A DNA stretch of 64,000 nucleotides from Blasia pusilla (GCA_050084515.1 CM114271.1:10602001-10666000), one strand, 5' to 3'; numbered from the stretch's first letter, positions 14,014-27,800 are shown. Notes: generated by a model not told the origin, from the letters alone. Made by a program: numbers and translations.

Positions 14014-15419
14014 TGTCGTGTGAATACACATCGCTCCAAACCTACATTGGCTCTCAATATAAAGTTGAATATGCACTATAAACTCCGATAAAATCAGCAA
14101 ACAACCGTGCTCCATCCAAACAACCATATACGTGAATCAGATACACACTTGTGTAACAACAAAAGAAAGTATACAAAAGGACTCCCAAAATATGTGTGAT
14201 CTTTCTTATTGATCGCTCCTAGCCCACTCTTCAAGAGAGAATCTATGCTCAATACATGCAAGCCGCACTATATCACGGATCCCAATAAGGGTCTACAATC
14301 CTAAGGAGATGAGCTCCAAATGAGCTTCATCCAAGGTATACCCCCATGGGCACCTCCATGGGTGAGTTGTACACACAGGTCACCTCCCTCCTAGCAGTTC
14401 ACTACCCACCTATTGTACCTAAGTACTAACTCCCTAACAACTACACGTGTGGTTCCCTCATGAGACCAACTACCAACTAACCCACGACTCTATAGGTCCA
14501 AGTGGAGCCATATATGGCTGGGAAGGTCAATCTCTCCAAGGTTGCTACTCCTCATAAAGGGAAGGGTGACCTAGACTCATAGGTCACCTTCTAAGAGCAA
14601 GTCACATATGACCTCTCAAAATAGAGAAGTACAAGACCCCTCTAAGACCTCTATACTATCTCGCCCTACGCCTCATCTACCGTGACAACTGTCGTGCGAA
14701 TACACATGATGCCAACAGACATCGGATGTCATGCATACACATGTCTAAGATCCATCTAGCTATGAATCCTAACATCTCTACACATGAACGATTGGACAAC
14801 CCTATTTGCCCGCCTAGCTGATGGTTAGGTCCCTCTTACTCCAGATAGCCTACAAAACAAGTCTTAATGCTATGCACCTTTTTGGTGCTAAGATCAGGAG
14901 GTCGGGTGCTATGTCGCCCCATCATTTATCACCTTCCTGCAATCCATAACATAAAGAGTCATCCTGAATCTACCTATCACACATATGTGCATCTGAGACA
15001 AAGCCAACGTCCCTGAGGAACCAAGTCAAGAGGCGGCGTCAAACACAACATATGCCATCCTGAGAACAGCCATCATCAACTAGCATCGTGGCTGCACCTA
15101 TGGCAGACCCACACAACATGCATCTCAAGCTTGGAGGAACAACTGCCAAGTCGGATCAATCCTCCCATATACGTTTGGAAAATGACATGGCGCACAATTA
15201 CCCACATGATCTTTCCAAACGGTACCATCACGACCCTCTTAAACAAGGACTCTTGAAGGTAAAATCTCTCGCACTCGCCGAATAGTGCATCTTGCCATCA
15301 CGTTCAATGTCATGGGTGCTGTCTTTTGTAGGTAGACATAATCGCCACGATGGAATCGCCAAATTCCTGGTCGATAGCCTCCTCCAAGCGTAGTGGCGTA
15401 TTTTAGAGTATCACGATGT
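14014..15419 (-). mobile_element. 3' part of a gypsy-PHD family element (integrase tail, PHD, split terminal repeats); continues at 18361-18495
   Basis: Minus-strand translation HRDTLKYAT..VWKDHVGNCAPCH..LRCMLCGS..GWHMLCLTPPL..WLCLRCT. PPT-like site ~14807, cacgaca/tgtcacg junction at 14681-14697, terminus tgtcgtg at 14014. The upstream part ..VAIAQH lies at 18361-18480. Confidence 0.8.
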
Positions 15420-15525
15420 TGTCACGAATGTTAGGATAGATCGGCGGGATCTAGCAGAGCGTCTGCACGAGTAGTGGAGGACAGGCCCAGGAGGTCGAGG
15501 ATGACCTTTTGAGGCCTAGGGAAAG

Positions 15526-17403
15526 TACAACTCGTATGAGGGTAAGTGCTTGGCTGTAGTGTGGGCTGTCGCGCATTTCAGGTATTAATTATTTGGCAAC
15601 CCCTTTACCATCATCACTGATCATCAACCACTGAAGTGGTTGATAGAGTCCGACAAGCTTACAAGGAAGCTTGCGAGATGGGCTCTATTGTTGCACGAGT
15701 ATGGTTTTCAGGTGGTACATAGACCTGGGATGCTCAACCAGGATGCAGATGGGCTGAGTCGTAACCCATGCCCGAGTCAGCGAGATGCGACTGGAGCTCG
15801 ATGGCATGGAGAGACTGATGAGGAGTCAGTGCCAGGATGGCACGCGTCAGCCTATTTAGGCATGTTGGCTATGGAGAGCTTGAGTGTGGAGACTTCGATG
15901 GCGAGGTCTAGTGGAGAGTCCTTGGATCTCGAGGCTAGTGAGGAGACCAGAGATGGTTGAGATATTCATGATGATGGAGTAGTCTTGGAGTACCTTCGTA
16001 CTGGCAGCGTTGCGAGCACCGTGGGTGCTAGAGAGCGGGATCGGATCCTACATCGGGCTAGACGGTTCCATTGGGAGGGGACACATGTTTTGAGAGTTTG
16101 GGAGGATGATAGAGTATGTGTAGTGCCGCATCCTTTGCAGAGAGCACAACTAGTGCAGCATGCCCACAAGGAGTTGGGTCACTTTGGGGTGAAGCGGACG
16201 TACAACTTGCTCCATATTCAGTATTGGTGGCGAGGCATGCAGACTGACATTCAACAGTTTGTTGCCAAGTGCATGGTGTGTGATCAAGTCCAAGTATCGT
16301 TCAATGCTCCGATTCCACAGTTGCATCCATCACCTATCATGGGGTTATGGTATAGATGGAGTTTGGATTTTGCAGGACCTTTGCCTTTGACAAAGCGTCA
16401 CAGTCGTTATGTGTTAGTGATGGTCGAGCACTTCTCAAAATGGATCGAGTTGGTTGCATTTCTTGACAAAGTGAGTGAGGGAGTAGCTTATACCTTCCTT
16501 GACATAGTGTTGAGTCATTATGGCGCATCGGCTGAGGTGTTGACAGACCAGGGTACCGAGTTTTGCAGTGAGTTCCAGGCCTTGTGTGATCAGGCGCTGA
16601 TCGACCACCGTACGACTTCGTGAGATCATCCCAAGGCGGATGGATTAGCGGAGAGAGTTATGCACACGGTGAAGAGGAGTTTACGCAAGTACGGCTTGCA
16701 GAGATGTCACCTAGGAGATTGGGACCTCTAGTTGCCATGGTTGGCAATGGGATACGTATGCAGCAGGCAGGCATCCTTAGCGTCTTTTTCACCGTACTTG
16801 CTAGTTTATGGCTGAGAGCCAGATTTACCTGCGGCCATTCGTCGGGATGCACGTGAGGTGCTGGACCTTGATAACCTAGATGTATGGATACGAGCATATT
16901 CTCAGAGGACTGGGTTGTTTCGGAGAGTGATGCCTATGGCTTTCGAGAACTTGACGATTGCGCAACATCGGGATACGTTGAGGTATGCGACTATCCAGGG
17001 TGGTAATTATTTACCAACTATCCGGAGGTTTTATGAGGGAGATTATGTTTACTTGCTGCAGACGACACCGATGACGTTGGATGTGACTGCAAGGCGCACT
17101 ATCCTGAGAGTGCGTGACGTTTTGCCATCCGGTGTTCTCTTGCTGGAGGGACGCGATGGTATGGTATGGAAGGACCATGTGCGTAATTGTGCGCCATGTC
17201 ACCTTCTTAACATTGATGGTACAGTAGATCCGAGCTCAGCAGTAGTTCCTACAGGCTTGCATCGTATGTTGTGTGGTTGTGCTTGTGGTGCGGCCACGAT
17301 GCTAGTCTGTGATGGATGTTCGAGAGGTTGGCATATGGCATGTCTAATGCCACCTCTCACTAGGGTTCCTCGAGGACGATGGATGTGTCCCAGATGTACA
17401 TAG
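15526..17403 (+). pseudogene. Ty3/gypsy RNase H - integrase (H2C2 + DDE core) - C-terminal PHD finger
   Basis: [107 protein letters not shown]. In-frame stops present. Confidence 0.9.
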
Positions 17404-17580
17404 AGGAGATACTAGGTAGGTTTCGATTCCAACTTTTTCTATGACATGGATGATAGGAAGGCGACTAACAATGGGGCCACATGAGCACCCGGCCTTTCTA
17501 CTCTTAGCGTCTTAGAGATGTATGTCGTGGTAGGTAGGGATAGATGGCTATCTCGAGTTAGAGGGACCTAACCACCAGCT

Positions 17581-18360
17581 AGGGGGGCGATTGGAGATAT
17601 TTTGGTACTTCTCGCCTCTATGTATGGATGCCATAAGTAAGCATGGGATCGTGTGTGTTTGTGTGTGTGTTCGATGATAACGATGTATGTTGTGTAGCGA
17701 TGTGTATGCGCACGACAACTGTCACGACTGTTAGGATAGATCGGTGGGATCTAGCAGAGCGTCTGCACGAGTAGTGGAGGACAGGCCCAGGAGGTAGAGG
17801 ATGACCTATTGAGGCCCAGGGAAACATGAGAGAGCAGGTTTCCCCTTCGTTTCGGTTCATTTGGAGCCATATTGAGAAACTTACTACTTTAGGTAAGTAC
17901 CATTTTGAGTAAATGATCGAATTTCTATTTTTGGTAAGTGGCCCTTGACCTCCTACATCAAGTCAAGAGCCAAGGAGGTTACTTGGGAGAATAGGTTACC
18001 ATGGAGAGAGCTTGGGAGAGGGGAGGGGTATACCTCAAGGAGAGAGATTTTGAGAGCTCATTCTCTCTTTGTTGAAACTCTTGGCATAAGGCGGCGGAGC
18101 TATGGTCCCTTGCCTTGTGAGTGTAACCCAAGCCTCTCATTAGGAGAGTGGGTTTGGTTTGACATAAGAGATAGTGCACACCTTTAAGAGCTATAGTGTG
18201 AGATGGTGTAGAGAGAGATTGGATCTTACTTTATTGGAGATATTTTGGTACTTCTCGCCTCTGTGTATGGATGCCATGAGTTAGCATAGGATCGTGTGTG
18301 TTTGTATGTGTGTTCGATGACAGCGATGTATTTTGTGTATTGATGTGTATGCGCACGACA
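17581..18360 (+). repeat. PPT + S1 (17590-17717) + ac + L2 (17720-18232) + S2 (18233-18360)
   Basis: S1 and S2 are 128-bp direct repeats. The start of L2 matches 15420-15525. Purine tract aggggggcg immediately precedes S1. Confidence 0.85.
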
Positions 18361-18890
18361 ATGCTGAGCGATAGCCACGCTCTCAAACGCCATAGGCATG
18401 ACTCTCCGAAAGAGCTCAACCCGCTGAGAACACGCTCGCACCCATATGTCTAGATCATCGAGATGAAGTATCTTAACCACATCTCATCGAATCGATGACG
18501 GTAACTCCAGCTCTCTCCCATAGAGCAAGAAAAATGCTCTATGGGAGAGAGCCGGAGTTGGAACACCACGCTAGTGGCGTTCCAAATCCGGATTCTTCCT
18601 TTGGCAACCCACTTTCTAGACTCGACTCCTTTCAAGTCTTATTCTGCGATTGGTCCACGTTTCTCGGTCGCGACCATAACATCTGAAACGCGAAGCCTTG
18701 CTTGCGTCTCCTCTCTTGTCTCTTCTTCGAGACCACTCCAACGCGCAAACCATCTTAGCGTGAGCCCGCTAATGTTCTGATGTTCCGCTTGGGACTCGTT
18801 TGGTCATGAGGGTCACGACAGCGTGACCTACTGAACGCACACTTCCGCAACAACAAGATTAATGTTCAAGGAGAGTAGGTGCACGACACG

Positions 18891-18902
18891 TGGTATTAGA
18901 GC
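18891..18902 (+). promoter_or_regulatory. Primer-binding site (initiator tRNA-Met type) of the chromovirus
   Basis: tggtattagagc 2 nt after the LTR CA, one mismatch from canonical TGGTATCAGAGC. Confidence 0.8.
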
Positions 18903-19039
18903 AAATCCTTGATGAGCGTGAACTTGGGGTCGTGGAAGATCTGGAGGTTTGAGAAGAACTCAAGGTAGCTAGAAGACCGCGAGGCTCGAGGAGGAATGCA
19001 AGAGACGAGGAGGAGATATGAGAAAATGAAGACTCGCAA

Positions 19040-22000
19040 ATGGCGACCAAGGGCGAAGAACCGAGGAAACCGGGAGTTAAAGCAAAAAATCCAAGAGACG
19101 AATCAATGACATACCGTGAGCCAGAGGTGGAGATTGCGACTCTTGAAGTGCCGAGTCTTAGATATGAGGATGTTCCAAATGAAAATCTTTCCGCAGGACC
19201 TTCGGTTCCAAACTCAAACGATCTGGCCTTTTATATCCAAATGATGGGATTGATGAAGGTGATGGTTCGAAATAAAGTTCGAGTTTCTAACAGAACTCAA
19301 ACTTTATCACCGATTCACTCCGGAAACTCGAACTTTATTTCTAACAGAACTCGAACTTTATTTCGAAGCGCAACAGGCAAATGAGCAAGACAAAGTCATT
19401 GTAGCGGTCACGTTTCTGAAGGATCACAATCTCCATTGATGGCCGGCTCACCGTAAAGAACATCTAGGCCGTGGAAGAAAGCTGAGTTGGGAAGATTTCA
19501 AGGAGTTGATTAGCAACCGATTCACTCCGGAATATCATGAGTATCGCGATGGCATGGAAATTGTGAGGTTGCGCTGAAGCGGATCCCTTAGCGCTTATGT
19601 GCGAGAGTTCAGTGCACTCATGAGCTCACTTTCCATGGATGAGTTTACAAAGAAGGTGATCTTCTTAAGTGGACTCAAAACGAGTGCCAAGAAGGCCCTC
19701 TTTCATATGCCTCACATTCCAGAGACGTGCACGGAACTTCTGAGACTACCGGTGCCGATATGGGACGATGAAGTCCAAAACCAAAAACCCTTTGAGCCAA
19801 AAAGTTTTTCTAAGTTACCAAAAAACAAAGGGACATCCAAGAGGGTTTGGAATGGGGGTGAGCGCGACCACGGAGGGTCTTTTGTCCCAGCAGCTAAACG
19901 AGTGGAACTCAATGCGAAGCCAAGAGGGCCGCCGTCCACGAAGTCAACAAATGCCAAAGTGATTTGCTACAACTGTGGCAAACCCGGGCATATGGCTAAG
20001 GAATGTGTGAGGTCCAAAGTAAGTAAACCGAGTATGATTGCGTTTGATGCTAAGCACTTATCGGCGGGAGATCTAGATACATCTCTCCAAGTCACCAAGA
20101 GAACGCCCAATTTGGTTTATCTAGGATCCAAGATCGCTAACCGCGATGTGATGTTGCTCGTTGATACAGGTGCTTCGCGTTTGGTGCGTCATGGCTACAA
20201 GGAGTTGGGTCATTTTGGAGTGAAGCGGACGTACAACTTGCTCCAAATTCAGAATTGGTGGCGACGCATACAAAGTGATGTTCAACAGTTTGTTTCCAGA
20301 TGCATGGTGTGTGATCGAGTTCAGACATTGTTCAATGCTCTGACTCCACAATTGCATCCACTTTCGATCATGGGCTTAGGTTATAGATGGAGTTTGGATT
20401 TTGCAGGACCTTTACCTTTGACGGAGAGCCATAGTCGTTATGTGTTGGTGATGGTTGAGCACTTGTCCAAGTGGATAGAGCTAGTTGCATTGCCTGACAA
20501 AGCAAGTGAGGGAGTAGTGTATGAGAATTGTGAAGACGCTGGGATTGCCAACCACCAAGGCGGATGAACCCATAAGTGTAGGATTCGCGGGAGGCAAGTC
20601 CCACCTGACCTCAGAGCATGTTTTAGGGCTAGTTGTGGGATGCGGAGTATTTGAGTTGAAGGAGAATTTCACAGTTTGCGACATGGACGGAATCAATGAA
20701 GTCTTGGGGAACACGTTCTTGGATGCGTATGAGGTAGAACTAAGGCAAAGACCTTTGAGGTTGAGCGTCTTGGTTAACGGCAAATAGATGGACGTCAGAT
20801 TGGTTCGTGAGGTTCCTAGGAAGACGGAGTTGGTGAACGCCATCATGAGGATAAGTTTGGCCGAGTTAGAGGAAGGATTCCTTTGCTTGATGAGACAAGT
20901 AGAGGATGATATAAATGTGAGACGCAAAGATCAGAACTCAGCTTCAAGGGGAATCCCTGAAACACTCAAGATAGTTGTGAAAGAATTTGGAGATGTGTTG
21001 ACTAAGGAGCTTCCGACTGAGCTACCACCACATAGGTCGGTTGATCATAAGATAGAGGTGATACCTGGATCTCAACCACCTTCAAAGGCACCATATAGGT
21101 TGAATCAGGAAGAACTTTCCGAGTTGAAGAAACAGTTGGGTGAACTCCTAGAGAGGGGTTACATCCGAACTAGCAAGTCACCTTATGGAGCGCCCATTCT
21201 CTTTGTGAAGAAGAAGGATGGGAAGTTGAGACTCTGTGTTGATTACCGGGCACTGAATAAAGTGAAGGTAAGAGACAACTATCCTCTACCAAGGATGGAC
21301 GACCTCTTTGATCGATTGAGAGATGCCAAGTATTTCAGCCGGATTGACCTGAAATCAGGATATTATCAGATTCGCATGCCGAAGTGGATGTAGAGAAGAT
21401 TGCGTGTAGAACAAGATACGATTAGAAGATACGATGTGCACTTCGATGAATGATGGAGTTCATCGAAGTGGTGAACGTTGGAATTACTTCATCGAAGTGG
21501 TGAAGTAATTCCAACGTTCACCACTTCGATGAACTCCATCAAACATTAGGAGACAGATGAGTTTGTGATCATCTACATAGAGGACATACTCATCTACTCG
21601 AAAACACTAGAGGAGCACACTCAACATTTGAAGACAGTGTTTGAGAAACTCAGGACAAACAAGCTGTATGCAAATGCAGATAAGAGTGAGTTCGGTTTGA
21701 CGAAGATCAAGTTCTTGGGGCATGTGGTTAGTGCAAATGGAGTGAGTCCAGACATGGAGAAGGTAAGTGCCATTGCCAAATGGGAACCGCCTTCCATTGT
21801 GAAGGGGATGAGAAGGTTCATCGGAGCGGTCCAATACTTGAAGAACTTTTTGGGAATAGTGAAACCTCTCACAGATTGGACCGCAAAATTTTCCAACACA
21901 ACATGGACCAAGGAAGTGGATAAAGCGTTCAATCGAGTCAAAGAGATCCTCTCGTAAGAACCAGTTCTGAAGCTGCCAGAGTTTGACCAACCATTCGAGG

Positions 22001-23851
22001 TGCACATTGATGCTAGTGATTTCGCGATTGCTGGAATGTTGGTGCAAAAAGGGAGACTTGTAGCATAAAAGATCAAGAAGCTTAGCGACACTGAAAGGAG
22101 ATGGCCCACTCATGAGAAAGAGTTGTTCGCAGTGGTTCATTGCTTGAGAAAGTGGCGTCACTATCTGGGACTTCACACGACTCAAGTATTCACCGATAAC
22201 ATATCGCTCAAGTATTTTGAGACCCAGGATTGCGTATCACCAAAGCAACTTTGATGGCATGATACCTTGGCATTGACGAATGTGGAGCTAATCCACAAGC
22301 CGGGGAAAGACAATGTCATTCCACATGCGTTAAGTCGCAGGGATGAGCATATGCCATCGACGACACAAGTGTTGAGAGCAATGTTCCCTAATGAAACAGA
22401 CATGGAAAGAAGGATACATCAAGGATGCGCAAGCGAGGGAGTACCTTGGGAAGTTAACGCGGGGCGAGAAGGTGGCCAATCTAAGTTTGAGACACAGCTT
22501 GCTAAGGTTTAAGCAAAGCAGGATCTATGTAGGTCAAGGCAAGCTATGGACCAAAGTGTTTGTGGAATGTCATGATGGACTTTTGGCAGGACACAAAGGG
22601 GAGAAATCCTCTCTTGTTGTTTTGGCCAAAAGGTTCTTTTGGCCTAATATGAAGGAAGATGTTGCTCAATATGTGAAAACTTGCGCAACCTGTCAGGCAA
22701 ACAAAGTTTCTTATGCAAAGAAACAAGGCTTACTTCATCCTTTTCCGATCCCGGAGGGACCCTTGCAAAGCATTAGCATGGATTTCATTACGAGTGTTCC
22801 GGAATCTAAGGGATACAATGCTAAACTTCTGATACTTGATCGGTTTAGCAAGTTGGGGAGGTTTGTGCCGACGAGAGAGTCTGCGACGGCCTACACGACT
22901 TCCCGACTGTTCCTGGATGGTTGATGGCAAGCTCATGGATTGCCTAGGAGCATTGTGTCCGATCGAGATCCGAAGTTTACCAGCGCCTTTTGAAAACATC
23001 TACTCATGAGGTTTCGGACCAAACTCAACTTTAGTACGGCCTTCCATCCTGAAACGGATGGGCAAACGAAAAAAGTAAACTCGATCGTGAACCACTACTT
23101 AAGGAATTACGTGAGTGCGGACCAAAGAGATTGGGCCAAGTGGCTAAGTATGGCTGAGTATTGTTACAACTCGACCAAGCATTCTGCAACCGGAGAATCT
23201 CCGTTTCTTCTGGCGTATCAAAGAGAACCAGAAGGGCCTCTTGACTTGGCTCATTCAAAGGCCGCTACATCGGCACACACTCGTCAAGCAACGGCGGAAT
23301 TTTTGTTAGTGGAAATGCAAGAACGACAAGAGCGAGCGAGGAAAAGTCTTGCCAAGGCTCAACTAAGGTACGTGAAGCATGCTAACAAAAGTCGGCGCCA
23401 AGTGAGTTTCCAAGTTGGGGAACAAGTGTGGTTGAGTGTAAAAAATCTCACTCTTCCGAAGGAATTGTCCGCAAAATTGTCAACCAAGTATACCGGACCG
23501 TATGTGATCAAGGAAAAGCCGTTTGAGGATGTGTACACATTGGAGTTGCCAAACGAGTTCAAGATTCACCCCAGTTTCCATGTGTCATTGTTGAAGAAGT
23601 GTCTTCAAGACAATGTGCGTCCGGAACGAAGGATGGTATTGAGACCACAACCGGTCATCAGAAATGAGGAACCAGAGTTCAAGGTTGAGACCATTCTACG
23701 TTCTAGACGTAGAGCCGCCAAGTACGAGTACTTGGTCAAGTGGGAAGGCTACCATGTGAAAGAGGCGACTTGGATTGCGGAGGTGGAGCTTGAACACACG
23801 CAAGAAGCATTGCGAGACTTCAAATGGATGCAGGATAGGCACATGCATTAG
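19040..23851 (+). pseudogene. Chromovirus gag-pol: GAG/zinc knuckle, protease, RT, RNase H, integrase, chromodomain
   Basis: [54 protein letters not shown] (YIDD variant); ISMDFIT; FSTAFHPETDGQT; FKVETIL..YEYLVKWEGY..ATW. Many stops and frameshifts. Confidence 0.92.
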
Positions 23852-24803
23852 TACATGGTGAAGCAAAGGACATAACTTGTGATCGGGAAGCTTGGGCCGA
23901 TAACCCGTTGTAACTATAAATGTTTAGTTGTTGCAATAAAGAATGCATGGATTTGGAGATTCGACGCTTATGATTGCGATTTTGAGTTTGGTGGTCCATG
24001 GCAATGAGTAGTTCTTCATATGCTTAGGAGGTAAGTTAAGGAGGCCAAACAATGAGTATTTGAGGTGAGAGCTTGTATTTAGATAAGGCATCTAGATTAG
24101 GACCAAGTGTTGAAGTACTAGCATTTGGGCTCTCCCTAACGTTGGCGGGGCATATTAGTCTATCTTGGGGTTTGTGGTGATCTCATTCATGTTGCATGAG
24201 TGAACTTAGTGATGCGCCTAAGTGGAATACGAGTGACCCAAAAGTAGTACGAGTTGGCTAGGTAAGCAGGCGATTGTTTACAAATAGTGAGTGAAGTTTT
24301 AGGTTGCAGACTTAGTTAGCTTATTTTGATAGTTTAGATTAGTTCTACACAACTGGTCTAGGCTAATTGAAGTGAAGAAGCTAATAATTCTAAGTGCTGC
24401 AAGCAAAAACCTAACACTCAAGCCAAAAGTGGAATTGCGGGTTAGCTACCAGAATGCGATTCAGTGTTAAGGGATCGGCTTCCCAGAACTTAACATTAAC
24501 AAGGTTTGCGTTGACAAGGACATCAACCTTCGCGACCCTCATAACCAAACAACACCAAATAGGCGCCAAGCGGAACATCAGAACTCAAGTGGACTCACGC
24601 TGCGATGTTTGCGCTTTGGAGAGGCGTTTGGAAAGGTCTCTTGGAAAAGTCTAAGAGACAAAACGCGAAACAGAGTTGTGCGTTTTGTGCGTTAGTGTTT
24701 GCGACCAGGAAACCTAGACCAAATGCGAGCCAAGACTTGAGATGAGTTGAGTCTTGGAAGGTTGGTTGCCAAAGAGGTGAGAACCAGTTTTGGAACACGA
24801 CTA

Positions 24804-27800
24804 TGTCGTGTGAATCCACATCGTCATACAACATACATCGCTGACATACCATACTCACATACATACATAACATAGACGAGAGCATACACAAACACAAGTG
24901 TACCACAACTAAAATCCGTGAAAGATCTATTGTCATAAAACATGTATAGAATCACATACAATCGAGCCAAACCCACTCCACAATGGGAGAATCCAGGTCA
25001 AAGCTTGCAGGAACCATCATAGCCAAGAGCTCTACTCACGACCAAGGCTAACTCCCAACGCAACAGGCTCAACTCAAAGAACTAACTGTTTTTTGAGTAT
25101 ACTCCACACTATACCCTCCAACCTAAGGGCGGGCCCTACTGGAAAAGTCACCCTCAACGGATAACCCCCAACCCTATGTATGAAACCGTATCCCTACCTA
25201 GACACTACAGCCCTACATAAGGTATGGCCTCTACTAGCACACTATACTCTACGACATAATCTGTATGGTCATGACAGTTGTCGTGCGAATCCACATCGTC
25301 ATACAATATACATCGCTGACATACCATATTCACATACATAGATAATATAGACGAGAGCATACACAAACACAAGTGTACCACAACTCGCCCCCCTAACTGG
25401 CGGTTAGGTCCCTCTAACTCCCAGGTAGCCCTATACATCTACTACATGCTATACACCTTCGTGGGTGCACGAATCAGAAGGCCGGGTGCGAGATTGCCCC
25501 ATCGTTAGTTGCACATCTGTAATCCATATCATGCAAAGATCAAGTCATCTACCCCTCCTAAGTACATCGAGGACAAACCCACCTTCCAGTAGGAACAACA
25601 TCCATACGTGGAGTCAAACACATCATGTGCTAACACCGATCACACACCAACATACGGGTTGCATTACCAACAGACCCACACAACATGCACCTCAAGCTAG
25701 CATGTATCATGGCTAAACTTGGGTCAACAGTACCATCCACATTTGAAAGATGACATGGTGCACAATTACGCACATGTAATTTGAGCCTCCTCTTCCTCGT
25801 GAGGTATAACAGCCTCACACCACGCCTCATACACTAGGCAATCGGCCTCCTGCCGTAGTGCACCGCCTGAACTCTAAAGTGGCACATCCAACAATGAGGA
25901 TACCACTACTGCAAAACTAGGGACCTCCTCTACCTCCTCATGCACAGGAGAATCCATACCAGAAAGGTTACCCTCCAAAAAGTCTCATGGCCAAGAGACT
26001 ACTCCACCAAAACCAGCCACAGATGCTAACACTGTTGGGGAAGACCCTCCTGGTTGAGCCCTATAAATAGATCCCACAGGAACGTGGCTCAAACGTCCAT
26101 CCCGGAATTTCCAACCAGGTCTATAAGACGATGTCTCAGTCTAGTAGTCCATCTGAAAACCCATCGGGTACAATACTGCTCCTCCAACTAGTACATCATA
26201 TGACTCGGCTGATGTGACCACTGCAGGTACTCCCAACCTGGAGCTATCAATCGCATGATCTGGTCTCAACTGTATAGACAACTTCTCCTGTGTCATGAAA
26301 TGAGACCTATCATTGGATCCTCCAAGTAATGTCTGAATTTGGAATGGGCAAGGCTCAAACTCTGACCTCCAGATACCCAAACCAATACATGCTGCCTTTC
26401 CCAACATCAAAGGTTGGGCACCAGAGTCTAACAAGACTCTATTTGGTCTATACACTAGATGTTGCATCCGTGTCTACTGCACGCAATGTAGATGCCTCAG
26501 TCCCCACTGTAGGCTCAATAGGCTGCATAGGAACCATGGATGGAGTCCTAAGCACCTCAGACAACAAAAATGATTGGGGGAGCCTAGCCTACCTCCCAGC
26601 CTCACCCCTTTGTGGGTCCAACTCCACAGTAGCACCACGTGGTTTTGACGCTCGAGTGGCTCCTCTCGTAACTGTAGTTGATACCTCAACCTATGTTGCA
26701 CTCGCCATATAAGAGAGATCATCCCCTCCATAAGAGGTGGAAGCCCTTGCTTCCGAACGTGCTCTATGTGAATTCCAGCCATAGTAGCCAAGCTTTGCTC
26801 CAATTGCTCAATCCTGGCAGCCATAGCTGACTCTGTCGTAGTGGTAGGGGCAGCCACCATAGGCTCTCTAACCGCTGGTCCACCTATACCACCTCGGCCT
26901 CTCGGAGCTACTCCACCACGGTCGCGGTCTGATCTCAACTCTAGATGAAGATCAAAGCAACACTTTCAAGGATGATCTGGTCTTCCACAATGATCACACT
27001 GAGTTGGGGCTGACTGAGGCCCATCCTCCAAAGTCCGTCCCCCATCCTCTTGAGGACAAAACCTCCTAACATGATCACCTCCACATGTCCAACATGAATG
27101 TCCTTGCTGCGGGGCACCAAATGAAGGCAATGGTCTCTATTCAAGCGTCCCTCTAGGACCTAACAAAGGTCGTGTGGACCCCCACGACTCCCACTACTAC
27201 TACTACCACCACCACTACTACAAGACTATAAGGTGGATTGCTGAACACAAGAAGTAGTAGTTGTATCCTTATTGAATGCGGATGTCACCACCCTCTCCTC
27301 CACCATGTTAAGCTCAATCTTCTCAGATAGAGCAAACACATGGGCCAATGTGGGTGAATCATCACTCATAAGAGTAGCATCACGTACCCTACGGCGCAAC
27401 TCTCTGTCCAAGATCCCATACCAAAACTGGACTTCCTGAGCCTCAGTCACACCATGAGTAACTAAAATCAAGCGTCGCATATGAGTGTTTTCCTCACGAA
27501 GACTTTCACCAGTCTTTCGCTCAAATTCTTGAAGACTCCTCAACTTCTCTGTCTTCACTCCCTGATAGTTCTTCTTCAACCTCTTGAAGAACTCTGCAAC
27601 CGGGCTGAACGATGGTGGGGCACTAGTATCTCCACTAGTATCCCCACTGGTACCTCCATGGATACCTCCACTGGTACCCCCACTCCGACTCGTACTCGCA
27701 CCACTCAATATCGGGCTGGCTGACACAGTAAGAGCACTACTACCAATACCACCATGGGTGATAGACACATAGCCTAGAGACCAATATTGTCTCCACCCCT

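Larger units (their letters stand above)
15420..18360 (+). mobile_element. Internally deleted gypsy-PHD family retrotransposon with split terminal repeats
   Basis: Starts TGTCACGA (15420) and ends GCACGACA (18360), TSD atgt/atgc. Inserted in opposite orientation into the integrase of a same-family copy at AQH|RDT. Confidence 0.85.

Noticed and set aside
12692-14057. Many short Arg/Ala/Pro-rich ORFs
   Set aside because: Artefacts of GC-rich subterminal repeats; no domain motifs.
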